A stretch of 63,630 nt of DNA, filler included, from Octopus bimaculoides (GCF_001194135.2; 7 parts of 6 records of this genome joined end to end with filler, not necessarily neighbours in it); one strand, 5' to 3'; numbered from the whole stretch's first letter, positions 38,561-53,145 are shown. Notes: generated from the letters alone by a model not told the origin. Numbers and translations are program-made.

Positions 38561-39599
38561 TCCAAGAAATAAAAACCATTGTGGCAGCGGCTGAAAAGAT
38601 TCTGACAGAGAGAGAGGGGGAGTGGGAGGAAAGGGAGAGGGGAGGAAAGGGAGAGGGGAGGAGAGACAGAATTGTATAAGAGGAAGTACGTCTGTAGGTC
38701 AAAGGTTGCAGTGCATTTAAGTAGCCTTTCTTTGGACACGGTCTTTTATTTCACGAGAGCAGTATTTCATGTATGTATGTATGTATAAGAGAATGCATGA
38801 TGTTGCACATAGCTGAAATCAAGGAGAGGACCACACCTTTTCAAGGAGAATGTCAAATCAATTGTGAAGATAGTAGCTATGAGAAATTTTAGATCTTTCT
38901 GACACTTTCTATAAACCTGAACACAACCAGGTCGATCCAAGCCATAGTGGAAGATAGAAGACACTTGCTTTAGGAGTTGTGCAATATGGTCAAAACCTGG
39001 AACCTTACCATTGCGAAGTGAACTTCTCGACCAGTTTTTTTGTTGTGTATGTTTTAATGAATGTTTGCAGCTTTTCTTAACCGAATAATTCTTCGTCTAA
39101 AATTGGTCATTTACGGTGTCAGTTCATGTGTTTCTTTTTCGGATTCCAATTTAAAGTTCTTAAGTGTTATTGAAATCGATTTTTCTCTGATGTCGAAATT
39201 ACGCTTGTATTTCAGACATGTTTAGTGCTGTTATGTCTTAATTGATGTCAACCGGAGATTTCGTGTAGAAAAGTTTGAAATCACGAAGGTAAAAAAGAAA
39301 AAAAAAATAGTAGACGAGATTTTTAGGAAAATTTGTAAAGATTGTACAATCGTCTCTTCCATTTATATTGAATTCGTCGTGTTTATCAAGCGAAGGTTTC
39401 TTATCTTACTGGACAGTAGTTCAAATCAGTGATACATACATCACTGTTTCTCGGGCGAGATACTTTATATTACGTTCTCGCAGTTACAATCCATAACTAT
39501 GCGGAAATAGGTAGTGCTGGGTTAACCTACCAGCGAGAGTGCCATATGCTACGGGCTTGCACTAAATGCTTTGTTGCGATATTATTGCATTACCGTAGG

Positions 39600-39810
39600 G
39601 TAACGAGCTGGCTGGGTCGTTAGCACTTAGGACTAAATGTTTAGCAGCATTTCTTCCTGATCTGTACGTTCTGACCTCAAATTCTGCCGAAGTCGACATT
39701 GTTTTTTTTATCTTTTCGGGGTCGATAAAATAAGTACCAATCGAGCAGCGGGGTTGATGTAATCGGCTATCACTCTCCCCACAATATTTCAGGCCTTGTG
39801 CACATAGAAT
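39600..39810 (+). mobile_element. SINE family A copy
   Basis: Same core as the other family A copies. Confidence 0.8.
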
Positions 39811-40379
39811 GATTATTACTCTGCCCTTAACGTTTATGAATGAGTGAATATTTAATGTGGATCCAATGCTCGGAATACTTCTGAAATCCAATATACTTTA
39901 AAATTTTGCCAATTACAATAAGTGAAATCAATGGCAACGGTATATGAGCAGCTTTAAATCATTTTTGCTGGTTGGTAATTAATAGACTTGCAATCCTCTC
40001 TCTCTATTTCGTTGCATTAAATTCGTTCGTTCAATAATTGAGTTAAATTATCATTTTTCTCATTTCTCGGTTGAGCGAATCAAAGATTAAATCAAATCGG
40101 GATTTTTAAACACTTAAGAAAGATTTTAGCGTGTGCAGCTTCTAATTTAACCTTACGCTGCTAAGCAAAACTATAGCATAATTAATAAGTTAAAATTTAA
40201 TATTGTTAGGTTTTTAACGTTAGACCACAAAACACAAATTAACTTAGATTTGGATTGTGCATGAGGAGAGAATATTGAATTTGGTCATTTTTATTATGTA
40301 GCGAGTACCTCATGCAGTTATAATAACTGTATCCCAGTGACTCAAACATAGACGATCAAAACAGTAGTTTTTTATTTTA

Positions 40380-41020
40380 TTTTTTCCTATAATCGTCATT
40401 TATTTGGCTGGCTGGCGTCAACAGACATCCCTACGTTATCAACCTTCATTACACCCTTAGAACAAATCAACTGTCTAATCTAGCCAGACGGATTGTACGG
40501 TATCAGATGTCAGTCCAACCAGCTCGTGCACCTACTTCCTCAACTGAAGAACATATGTCATCACCATTCAAACCAACCGCCAACTTACAGCAATATTGTT
40601 GAAGAGTTTACCAAATGGAAATTGTTTGCAGCGCTCAAAGGGCATGCAGCTCAGCTCAGAGTGGCAAAGCCATTCGCGATAGTCCAGAGACGCGGTGCCA
40701 GGTTATCGGTTGACCTATTGAAGTTACTCGTAAATGTTTCTGGCAGTGGCAGCAGTTATAACCTCAACAAACATAGCAGTGATGGAGATCTGACATGGTA
40801 TGAAGTGATTTATAAAGCAGCAATGAACAGTAAACTAGCTATAAAAATATCAATTCAAATACAGCTTTTACTGGCATCTAAAATACCAATATATAAACCA
40901 GCGGCCAATTCAGTTGCTTATGCGTCAGCTCAGCAGGTGCAGCGCAACTCACAGGAACTATCATGGGTTCACCGGACCTCTTATTCTCAACAACCGAGAT
41001 GCCCTGCATCACCGTAACCA
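40380..41020 (+). mobile_element. Possible decayed Ty3/gypsy gag-like fragment
   Basis: The 174-aa ORF has segments (GIRCQSNQLVHLLPQL, PPTYSNIVEEFTK, KPFAIVQRR, IQIQLLLAS) loosely resembling invertebrate gypsy gag motifs (PYxxLK, GDRKPSQLL, VQxILAS). By-eye similarity only. Confidence 0.3.
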
Positions 41021-43104
41021 ACTCAGCCACATTTGAACTCAAGGTTCAAAGAGACATAACTAAATGAACAAATTTCCTCACCCGTCATCAATTAGAATAC
41101 GCTACTCACAGTTTGAAATTAATCAGATAAAATGAACTGTCATATGTATTTTTAAACATATCTAAGGTGGCCTTGTGTGTGTGTGCGTGTGCGCGTGTGT
41201 GTATGTGTGTGTATGTGTGTGAGTGAATGCGCATGACTCACTGATTTTAGCGCCGAGCTCACAAGCATTGGTGCCAAGCTGTATCGGCCTTTGCCATTTC
41301 ACCTACCCTTGGATAACACTGGTGGCGTTGAGAGGGCTAGGCTAGTATGCATAGGCGACTGCTGGTCTTCCATAAACAACCTTGCTCGGACTTGTGCCTC
41401 GGAGGATAACTTTGTAGGTGCAATCCCATGATTGTTCATGACAGAAGGGGACCTTTACCCTTTATNNNNNNNNNNNNNNNNNNNNNNNNNNNNNNNNNNN
41501 NNNNNNNNNNNNNNNNNNNNNNNNNNNNNNNNNNNNNNNNNNNNNNNNNNNNNNNNNNNNNNNNNNNNNNNNNNNNNNNNNNNNNNNNNNNNNNNNNNNN
41601 NNNNNNNNNNNNNNNNNNNNNNNNNNNNNNNNNNNNNNNNNNNNNNNNNNNNNNNNNNNNNNNNNNNNNNNNNNNNNNNNNNNNNNNNNNNNNNNNNNNN
41701 NNNNNNNNNNNNNNNNNNNNNNNNNNNNNNNNNNNNNNNNNNNNNNNNNNNNNNNNNNNNNNNNNNNNNNNNNNNNNNNNNNNNNNNNNNNNNNNNNNNN
41801 NNNNNNNNNNNNNNNNNNNNNNNNNNNNNNNNNNNNNNNNNNNNNNNNNNNNNNNNNNNNNNNNNNNNNNNNNNNNNNNNNNNNNNNNNNNNNNNNNNNN
41901 NNNNNNNNNNNNNNNNNNNNNNNNNNNNNNNNNNNNNNNNNNNNNNNNNNNNNNNNNNNNNNNNNNNNNNNNNNNNNNNNNNNNNNNNNNNNNNNNNNNN
42001 NNNNNNNNNNNNNNNNNNNNNNNNNNNNNNNNNNNNNNNNNNNNNNNNNNNNNNNNNNNNNNNNNGCTGGTCAAATGCTTAGCGGCATTTCGTACACCTT
42101 TAGATTCTGGGTTCAAATTACTCAAAAATAAACTTTGACTTTCATCCTTTAGAAGTCAATAAGATAAGTTCCACACAGTTCGATGTAATTGACCTATCCC
42201 TTTCCCTGAAATTGCTGGCCTTGTGCTAAAATTTGAAACAAATATTTTAAAAACTAATTTATGTGGCTGTTACTGTTGTAGTCTAGCACAAGTGGGCCCT
42301 GTTTTTTTTACTGCTTCATGAAGAAGAGAAGATCTGCGTCCATGACTTTATATTCTTTTTTTTTTTTCAAGGACTCTGAAACCAATGAGAAAATTAAACG
42401 GCATACCACTTAAATGATGAGAATTCAAAGAGCCAAAGCAAATACTATACTGATAATGCTTTAACAATGCCACCAATCTATTGTTTAAGTAACATTGTAG
42501 AGATAAAAATGATAGAAAGTTCTTGCCATTTAAATTTGACATTTATTTTAACTTCAGTTTTCTTCCTATTGAAATACACTTCCTTTGTTTCAATTAATTT
42601 TAAAAATAATGAAGAATATAGAAAAATAACTTCATTATTAAGATGATGTTTGGTTTGGAGCATAAATTCACGTGAAATTTTAATGGAAAGTTTTAATTTA
42701 GATCGCTTTAAAGCATAAAATTTGTATAGTAGAACCAAGGTAGTCTCAAGCGAGTTGGTATCAAGAGGGACACAGGAATAGATTTGGTCTATTATATCCA
42801 CCCACAGTAATTCTACGTGCGCGCGTGCATGTTTGGGTTGGTGTGCGCCCGCCTACTATGAGCCTGTTAGAAATTATTTTAAGGGAAGAAAATGAGTTAT
42901 AGAATAGCGTCGAACAAAATGCCTCGTGACATTTAATTAGCGCGTTAATGCTTCGAGTTCATATTCTTCCGAGATCGACTTTACTTTCCATCATTTCAAG
43001 GTTGATAAAGCATAAAGTTAAGTATCAGCCAAGTAATGATATTAGGTTAAATCTTCTACATTCATTCCATATGTTTATGAATTTATGATAATATTAAAAG
43101 TAGT

Positions 43105-43540
43105 TAAGACGACGAGCTGGCAGAATTGTTAACGCGACGAGCAAAATGTTTAGCAGCATTTCCTCTGTCTTCACGTTCTGAATTCAAATTCTCTCGAGTT
43201 CTACTTCGCCTTTCATCCTTTTGAGGTCGATAAAATAAGTAACATTTGAGCACTGGCGTCGATGTAATCGATTTACTCCTTCACTGACCGTGTACCCAGA
43301 TTTGAAACCAATATTAAGGTGGCGTGCTGGCAGAATCGTTAGCACGACGGGCAAAATTCTCAGCAGCATTTCGTCCATCGCTATGTTCTGAGTTCAAATT
43401 CTGCTGAGGTCGATTTTGCTTTTCTTCCTTTCGGGGTCGATAAAATAGGTACCAGTTGAGCATTGGGGTCGTTGTAATCGGCTTACTCCTTTCCTCAGTA
43501 ATTCTACTGGCCTTGCGCCAAAATTTGAAACCAATATTAA
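43105..43540 (+). mobile_element. Two tandem SINE family A copies
   Basis: Both units end in atttgaaaccaatattaag; head-to-tail arrangement. Confidence 0.85.
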
Positions 43541-43824
43541 GTCATTATTAGAGAGAACAAAAGCAAAGTCTTTAGCGAACAGGACAAGCCATGTCCGTCT
43601 ACATTAAAAATTCAAATGCTTTCAAGATTCGTTTTACTTTTCAACCTGTTTAGGTCGATAAAATATAAAATAACGTACAATTCGTTAAATATTGCTTAAA
43701 TCGGCAATGCTTCTCACCCTAAAAGTATGGCCCACTACCTAAGTTTAAAACTCCTCATAATGTACCTAGAGTCTGTTTTACTTATTTATTATTTCTTTCT
43801 TTTTGTAGTTAATTTATTTTCTAG

Positions 43825-44183
43825 TGATATCGTATACGAGAATACTTCACTTACATATTCGAAAAAACATTCCTTTGATCGATACATATTTTGCTAATCC
43901 TTCTGGGCTGGAATTTTCTGCCCCACTATTTAATTACGATTACAAAGTCTGCTTTGATGATTTGGGAGTGGGAACTTGTAACTCATTAAAGAATCCTGAT
44001 AGCCTAAAAGAAAACCAAAGGAAGAAAAACAAAAACAAAAAGGTGTGGTTCACAGAATTCCAAGATGCTGTAGCTACAAAAAGAATTTACAATTTGGAAT
44101 CTGTCGCTTATAATGTAGTGAGGAGAAAAAGAAATCTTCTTAAGTTGCTAAAAGATATGAAATTTGTGACTCATCCATCGTAA
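43825..44183 (+). CDS. Candidate orphan terminal exon (unsupported product)
   Basis: About 120-codon stop-free frame in non-repetitive AT-rich DNA directly after pyrimidine-rich acceptor-like sites (ttttgtag at 43808, ttttctag at 43824). No recognised domain; an ORF this long could occur by chance. Confidence 0.25.
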
Positions 44184-44452
44184 TCTTGGATTAGACACAC
44201 GAAATGGGTCTTAACCAAACAAGCTCTGAACAGTAGATATCTTCCTACAGCATACTATTGTGATATCAAAAAGACCACCACGATGAAATATATGCTACGT
44301 GTTCAAATATAATTGCACACACACACACACATACACACACACACAAACACACATATAATATATATATAGCATAAACAAACTAGATATTTATACAAGCTTG
44401 AACATGCCTAAATATTTACACTTCAAAAACAGAGATTACTGCAGTGTGTGTC

Positions 44453-44516
<64 letters not shown>

Positions 44517-44542
44517 AATCTATCTATCTATCTATCTCTCTC

Positions 44543-44611
<69 letters not shown>

Positions 44612-44629
44612 NNNNNNNNNNTCTCTCTC

Positions 44630-44699
<70 letters not shown>

Positions 44700-44822
44700 C
44701 ATACTAGCGCTAACATACTATCTAAAGATAGCATATATGGTAATGACTGGGTTTCCAACAGAATATGAAAAACATGTTATGCATGTGAGTATGTATGTAT
44801 CTATATATGTACCTCCCTCTCC

Positions 44823-44878
<56 letters not shown>

Positions 44879-44885
44879 GCATACA

Positions 44886-44973
<88 letters not shown>

Positions 44974-46007
44974 TGCATATATATGCACCCTTACAGACAT
45001 ACATTATATAGACACACGTATGCAGGGAAGAATGTGTGTGTCTACATGCGTATATGTATACGTTGATACAAACATGTATGTATGTATGTATGTATTTATG
45101 TATGTATGTATGTCTCCATGAATCCGTGTAAGTAGTCTTCCTTTTCGTGAAAGATCACTGAGCACTATTATCTTACAAAACAAGTTGCTGGGGGTTCGAT
45201 ATAATCAAATAAAACTCTTGAAAGATATGCCCTCACATGACCAAACTTTATTGATTGAAACCAATCATTAAAAAAAGAAAGGAAGGAAAAGAAAGTTAAA
45301 AAGTTCTTTGCTTCGTGATTTTAAAACTTTTCTAGGCGAAGTCTTCGGTTGACATCAATTAAGATTTAATAGAACTAAACATGTCTGAAATACAAACGTA
45401 ATTTCGACATCACACAAAACAAATTTCAATAACGTTAAAGAATTTTATTTGGAATCTGACAAAGAACTACAAGAACTGACATCGTAAAAGGCTAATTTAA
45501 AATGTTGAAGAAATATTCGGCCAAGAAAAGCTAGAAACATTCGTATAAGTGAAAAAAGAAAGAGGAAAAGAAATAGAGAAAAAGGAGAAAAAATAAAGAA
45601 CTGATTTATTTATTGCATAGCATAGCATCAAAGAGCTCTGCAGTGAGATCCGATGTGTATAATTATATGCTTAGTTATATAACATAAACGAAGAATCTTC
45701 ATATGGACATGAAACACAAGCCTAAACAGATTTATTCTTATACACAAACTGATAGAGAGATCTGCGATGTATACCTACTTGTATATAATAATAATATAGG
45801 AATATGTATGGACATATATGCATACATATACATATTCATACACACATACATATATATACCTATATAGATGCATATATATACATGCTCATATATACATATA
45901 TATATATGTGTGTGTGTATATATGTGCGTGTGTATGTAGGTATTCGCATACATATATATGTACATATGTATGTGTGTATGTATATACACATATATATGTG
46001 TATATAC

Positions 46008-46110
<103 letters not shown>

Positions 46111-46268
46111 GACAGACAGACAAACAGACATACAGATAGATATATAGATAGATAGAGAGATATCTTATAAAACTGAAATCCATTTGGGAAGTGTTTATGT
46201 GCCTGGACATATAATTTTAGCTGGAAATTACTCTCTACTTCTAAAATAAGATGCATGTGTGTGTGTTT

Positions 46269-46312
<44 letters not shown>

Positions 46313-47419
46313 CTGTGTATGTGTATATATATATACTTAAGCTTACGCACGTATGTATGTCTATATATACGCGGGTGTTTATGAATGTACATTAGATATT
46401 TAGAAATATCATGAACAATAACAATGAAGACGTGCTGTTGTTGAATGCATAAGTGAGATAAAGTTATACATCACACATGATCCCAATATACGATGTCTAT
46501 AAAATATTTTATGACATCAGATACCTAATCTTATCCTCTATATATAGTCGCATTTTATTAATTTTGTGTTTATTATTCCTTAGATATTTTATTTTATTTT
46601 TATTATATATAATTTTCTGTTGTACTATCTATTTTGTGGAGAATATCATTAGTTATGTATAAATATATAAACATATATATATGTATGTAGGCGTGTACAT
46701 GAATGTTGTATATATATACACACACGCACATTTGTGTATAAATGTGAATGCATATATGTATGTTCTTTGTGTATATGTTTGTTCATAAACACGCGCACTC
46801 ATAATATACAAATACACAAGCAAGTATGCATACGCACATGTGGTATAAATTATACTACATGACAAACGTTACAAATGAAGAAAACAAACGCAAATTGAGC
46901 CCTCATCAGCTGTCTCACTAAGGATAAATAGGTTTCGATATCTGAGACAGAACTATGTTTTTTAGTGCATTAACAACATTGAATGCGATTGTAAGACAAT
47001 AGACAGCAACTTCGAGGCAAACACTAGAAAATCGTCCGATGGAGTTTTAGTAAGAATAAAACAAAAATACAGGAAAGGATATTTGGTTAAGGCTAGTCAC
47101 TAGGAAAAGAATATGAAAAACGTGTAGGTTTACTTATAATAAAATTAAATCACAACTCCACCAAATGGTGGAGTTGTAATGTGGAGTCCTTAGAAATGAG
47201 TCTGAAAGTGATCCCTTTCTCCACTAGAAACGAGGTATGAGTAATCACCGATATCTTTGTCGATGTGGTTGATCCATGGTAGATCCATACAAATATTTTC
47301 CAGGCTATGTCTTATACTTTTAGAGTTATGGGGGTTGAAAATTAGGGAAGCATTATATACATGCATGATGCATCATTAAGATACATATGAAAATTGCAAA
47401 ATACTCCTTTCTGTTTTTT

Positions 47420-48575
47420 ACAGCAACAGTTTTATCATATGACAGCTTCCTGCGATAGGCATTGTCAAGTACAACTTATGTGCAGTGGTATTATTAGGGG
47501 ACACTTCAATTAATTATTGCTCATAAATAAGCCGAACTTCTGTGCATTGCATTTTAGATGGTGTGTTTTCATCTGTGTTCTGGTATTTCCTAAGGTGTAA
47601 ATACTCTTTGAACTGATAACACTCATTTATTAATTTGTGGTCAATATCTTCTTTGTAATGCGATATTATAAGTTTGATACTGTCTTCTTCAAATTCTGAA
47701 TTGTTCATCAATTCTGAGAGAAACTTGAACCTTTTTTGCCGTCTGCTCATATGGATCCATCCTCTAACTAAACTGGATTATCAAGCAGTCATAGACTTGA
47801 CTTAGAACTTCTATTCTAAAATGTTCATCCCCTTTCAGAGAAACCCTATCACTTGTTCCATCTGCAAATTTCTTTGTAACCATGCGTTTGGAAACATCAA
47901 AATAATTTGAGGTGATATATTCGCATAAACCTTTTGCTACTGATTCATAGTGTGCAATCACGTCGGCTGAATTTTCTCGTAGTTCTTTAACAAATGAAAG
48001 CCAAAATGCTAGCAGAAGGTAACCTTCAAATACATTAGAACCAGAGGTTTGAAGTTTCTTACTTGTTTTGCTAAAACGCTCCATAACTTCTTCCGAAACA
48101 ACTGTCCAAACATTTTGTACAAGGTAATATTCAAACAATTTTTTTAGAGAAAATGCTTTGTTACTGAACAGATTGAGGAGGCAAACCCTTTCATTGGTTA
48201 TTAAATAATGGCGTGAAAATAAGAATTCTTATCTCTACAATGCTGATGTAGTTATAGACATATTTGAGAATGGAAGGGGCATGGCCGAAGTTTCCAAAAT
48301 AATTCAAGTAAAGCGAATTATCTGCGAGTCGGTTGTACTTTTATTTTTTATGCTACTCCACACCGGAAGAAAAAGCAGGTGAACAACTTGTGGCTAGACA
48401 CTACGTGTCTAGACGTCCACTAAGACTGGTAACAGCAATCTTCATGGCAAAATACAAACCAAAAAAATAAATAAAATTGACAGAATGAAAAAATTAAGTT
48501 GCTTCAGAGGGGCCCCTCCGGGATTAGGGGTCCTGACGCTTCAGCTTCATTAGTTTTATGGTAGATCCGTTACTG
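47420..48575 (-). mobile_element. Decayed hAT transposon (ZMYM1-like transposase fragments)
   Basis: ORFs 47764-48138 and 47514-47750 (FSKTSKKLQ, FRIEVLSQVYDCLIIQ, KRFKFL, LINECYQFKEYL) followed by LIEVSPNNTTAHKLYLTMPI (start of the hAT dimerisation domain). One terminus-like end, cagtaacggatctacc followed by gggccc. Confidence 0.7.
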
Positions 48576-49171
48576 TAAATAGAAGTGACGATGATTAAAC
48601 TTTGCTATTGTGTATCAAACCAGAAGTTCTATTTTCTCCAAAATTTAAAAGGAGGTATTTGTTTTTTAACATAATATACCTGGATTAATAATTAATTTTC
48701 ATATACAAATTCAGTCCCTCTTCTCGTTCATATAATCGTCCTCCACCTGCATTGCAATGATCTTATAGGGTTGGAAATGACTTAAACAGAGAACACAACA
48801 CGCAGATGTATGTACTGATAATTTTATTGAGTATCTGAATTCACCGCCGATCAAGTTAAGACTGTCGGTTATACGAGACTTAACATTTGAATTTTAATCC
48901 CAGGATCGCTTTTGCATAAAACATACATGTATACATAATGTGTGTGTGTGCTTGCGTGTGAGTGTGTGTGTGTGTGCGAGTGTGTGTGTGTATGAGTGTG
49001 TAAGGATGTGTATATATTTGTATTTAGATATGTTTGTGCGTGTGTGTCTATGTTTATATATATATATATATNNNNNNNNNNNNNNNNNNNNNNNNNNNNN
49101 NNNNNNNNNNNNNNNTTAATTAATTAANNNNNNNNNNNNNNNNNNNNNNNNNNNNNNNNNNNNNNNNNNNN

Positions 49172-49232
49172 ACATATCGTCAGCCACCAAGGGACATGCT
49201 CAACTGGTTAAGGTTAAACAACTGACAAGCAA

Positions 49233-49306
<74 letters not shown>
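49172..49306 (-). mobile_element. Truncated copy of the 18924-19240 repeat joined to a long (TTA)n
   Basis: About 60-bp match to 19060-19110; breaks at gacaagcaaa into (ATT)n. Confidence 0.6.
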
Positions 49307-49307
<1 letters not shown>

Positions 49308-49791
49308 TCCTTTAGGTTCTTCTTTGGTTTGAGCTGTATCTCTTATGTTGACTGATCATTCACTAGAATTCACCGATTGATCAAAACTAGAATACACATC
49401 ATCGAAATTAACGGAGGTTCGGTCATCGTTCATCCCCATGTTGTGTTTTTCCTTTTATTTTTTTTTCTTTACATATTTCTGTCCATATGTGTCGGCGTTG
49501 CACAAGTATGTAATAACACACTCAAGTGATACATCATACTTCTATATCTGAAATATATATATATGGTTATATATTTAGTAAGAGTTACATCGACAACATT
49601 AACAATAGCGATGACGACGATGACAGTAACAACAATAGCATCACTATAATCATGATATCTTTCATAAGAAATCTGTTATAAAAATACCTCGTAGCACGTC
49701 GTCATCGTCACTGAAGGTGCTCCCCACATCTCTCTGTAAATGTAGGTGTGTCAGTGTATATATGTCCATGTATGTATGGATGTATGTTTGT

Positions 49792-49836
<45 letters not shown>

Positions 49837-50497
49837 CGTGCGTGCGTGCGTGCNNNNNNNNNNNNNNNNNNNNNNNNNNNNNNNNNNNNNNNNNNNNNNN
49901 NNNNNNNNNNNNNNNNNNNNNNNNNNNNNNNNNNNNNNNNNNNNNNNNNNNNNNNNNNNNNNNNNNNNNNNNNNNNNNNNNNNNNNNNNNNNNNNNNNNN
50001 NNNNNNNNNNNNNNNNNNNNNNNNNNNNNNNNNNNNNNNNNNNNNNNNNNNNNNNNNNNNNNNNNNNNNNNNNNNNNNNNNNNNNNNNNNNNNNNNNNNN
50101 NNNNNNNNNNNNNNNNNNNNNNNNNNNNNNNNNNNNNNNNNNNNNNNNNNNNNNNNNNNNNNNNNNNNNNNNNNNNNNNNNNNNNNNNNNNNNNNNNNNN
50201 NNNNNNNNNNNNNNNNNNNNNNNNNNNNNNNNNNNNNNNNNNNNNNNNNNNNNNNNNNNNNNNNNNNNNNNNNNNNNNNNNNNNNNNNNNNNNNNNNNNN
50301 NNNNNNNNNNNNNNNNNNNNNNNNNNNNNNNNNNNNNNNNNNNNNNNNNNNNNNNNNNNNNNNNNNNNNNNNNNNNNNNNNNNNNNNNNNNNNNNNNNNN
50401 NNNNNNNNNNNNNNNNNNNNNNNNNNNNNNNNNNNNNNNNNNNNNNNNNNNNNNNNNNNNNNNNNNNNNNNNNNNNNNNNNNNNNNNNNNNNNNNNN

Positions 50498-50858
50498 GTA
50501 CGATGCTTGCTTCTCAACCACATGGTTCCGGATTCAATCCCACTGTGTGGAACCTTGGGCCAGTGTCTTCTACTATAGCTTCGGGCCGACTAAAGCCTTG
50601 TGAGTGGATTTGATAGCCAGAAACTTAAAGAAGCTCGTCGCATATGTGTGTGTGTATATCTTCATGTCTTTGTGTCTGTGTTTGTCCCCCAACCTTGACA
50701 ACCGTGTTGGTATTTTTAACTTAACGGTTCGATATAATAAGTACTAAGCTTCAAAAAACAAGTCTTAGGGTCAATTTGTTTGACTAAAACCCTTCAAGGC
50801 GGTGTTCCAGCATGGCCACAGTCAAATAACTGAAACAGGTAAAATAATAAAAGAATAC
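50498..50858 (+). mobile_element. SINE family B copy
   Basis: Head and 3' domain shared with the other copies. Confidence 0.8.
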
Positions 50859-51820
50859 CTGAGCATCTGAGCTAACTTGATCAGTATTGGACTTAGGCAT
50901 AAGCATCAGTTTAGGGCTTTACAATCCGCAGAAGTCTCAAATTGATTTTAAGAAGTTGCTTTCAGTTTTTATAATACTTCCTGGTGCAACATTTCAATAA
51001 AAGCCCTTTAAGCTTTATATAGCTTTGGGCCTCACTTAATCTAAACCTGGCACCGCCCTATCTTTGAGCAAAGGCTTTGATCATATGTTTGGTCGATTAT
51101 GTGTGATCTGAAGTCAAGCAGCAATAACAACAGCAGCTGCAGCAGTAGCAACAGCAACAACAGCTGCTACAATATTAAAAACGTAACCAAGTCACTTAGT
51201 TCTTGGTGCATAAAATTCAAGTATTTCCAAAAAGACTTGTGTATATTTAAGAGGGAGGTTTATTCTTCGAAGGTTAATTTTTACAGAATTTACTTGAATT
51301 AAGTACTGATATCTGGAACTCTGTGCTTTGTAAAGGGATTAACTGATTTCCACAACTGTAAAGAAAAATGGAAGAAAACGACGATAATAAATCCCAAGAG
51401 TTTATCGAGCTGAGGATTAAACTTCGGATTTTAACGATCTGACATTCATAACATTGCAAAAATTTCAGTTCAGTCTTCCCTCTTGAAGCAAGAAAATACG
51501 GATTTGTTCCATCTCATGCACAGATGTTTTAATTAATTTTTTTAACACTTTGAAACTTCGGATACTGGTGTACCACGTAGTACAGGGTTTACTCTTAACG
51601 TTTTGACAAAATTTTGTATTTTAAAAGTTATTTCGTGTTAAAGTTGTCGTATTTGGGTAATCTTAACCAATCAAGGACGTGTATTCAGCTGAAGAAAATT
51701 ACTGCTCCTTTTTGCGAACANNNNNNNNNNNNNNNNNNNNNNNNNNNNNNNNNNNNNNNNNNNNTTAATTAATTAANNNNNNNNNNNNNNNNNNNNNNNN
51801 NNNNNNNNNNNNNNNNNNNN

Positions 51821-51827
51821 GTGGTGA

Positions 51828-51861
<34 letters not shown>

Positions 51862-52052
51862 GGTGGTGGTGGTGGTGATGATGAAAGAAAGAAAGAAAAA
51901 AGAAAGAAAGAAAGAAAGAAAGAAAAAAGAAAAAAAAAGAAAGAAAAAAGAAAGAAAGAAAGAAAGAAAAAAGAAAGAAAGAAAAAAGAAAGAAAGAAAA
52001 AAGAAAGAAAGAAAAAAGAAAGAAAGAAAAAAGAAAGAAAGAAAGAAAGAAA
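51821..52052. repeat. (GAT/GGT)n followed by (AAAG/AAAAAAG)n
   Basis: Seen directly. Confidence 0.95.
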
Positions 52053-53145
52053 GAATGTGCATGCGTTGTGTTCTTGAGCAAAACCCTTCACTTCACGTTA
52101 CTCCACTATGAATGAATAACCTCGTGACGGTGCGGCATCCCGTCACAGGGAATATTGGTGATACAGGTCTCTTATCGCCATGGAAACCAGGTGCCTTGAC
52201 CTATATGAGTCCTTGGACACGTGACTGTACTTTACTTTCAATCAAGTACTGGTGTTGATACTCTCCCCTTATCCTCTTCTCTCAAACTGCTGACCTTGGG
52301 TCAAAAACAATTCTTAAAATGTTGAGAAGACGGTGGTGGGGCAGTATCGTGTATAGTATTTAATTTTAACTCCCAGTGTACTGAGTTCAAACCCTGGTAG
52401 GGACAACTCTATCTTTGATCTTATTTCATATTTAAAATTTAATTTTGTTTTTGTTTTGGAGACGGAATGGTCGATAAAATAAAGTATGAGTTAAGTACTG
52501 GAGGAGGTAACAAGTATGGAAGAAACTGAAGACACAACTGAAGATGGAACGTAATATGTCACATGTTTATCATCGTGACTGGCACAAATTCCAAGTTGTA
52601 GGAGGACGATGAAGAAGAAGAAGAAGAGAGGGCGGGAGAGAAGGAGTGTGGTGGCGGTAGTAATGGGGTCTATGACTATGATGATGATGATAGTGGTGGT
52701 AGTGGTTGTGGTGGTGGTGGGGGTGTAGAACAAAAGAAAAAGAATGAAGAAACGCAAAGAAAGAAATACAGAAAAAAAGAGAAGCAAGAAAGAAAGAAAG
52801 AAAGGAAAGGAAAGGAAAGAGAAACAAGAAAGAAAGAAAGAAAGAAAGAAAGGAAGAAAGAAAGAAAGAAAGGAAAAGAGAAAGAGGGAAAGAAAGAAAA
52901 TGAAAATGTAAATTATTCATTTTCCTTGCCATAGCAACACTGACGTAATACGTGATGTAAACCTCCAAAAGTGATTTCCAAAGTTGGTTTAACATAACTA
53001 ATACTGTTATAATTATTTATTTATTCGACCTTTCAGGGTCGATAAAATAAGTACCAGTTAAACACTGGGGTCAATGAAATCGACTAGCCTCCTCCCCTAA
53101 ATTTCAAGCCTTGAGCCTATTGTACAAAGTTTCATTATTATTATT

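Noticed and set aside
46903-46950. CTGTCTCA/TGAGACAG 8-bp hairpin next to a minus-strand CTGATGA
   Set aside because: No arrangement on either strand gives core, stem II, GAAA and stem III in the correct order.
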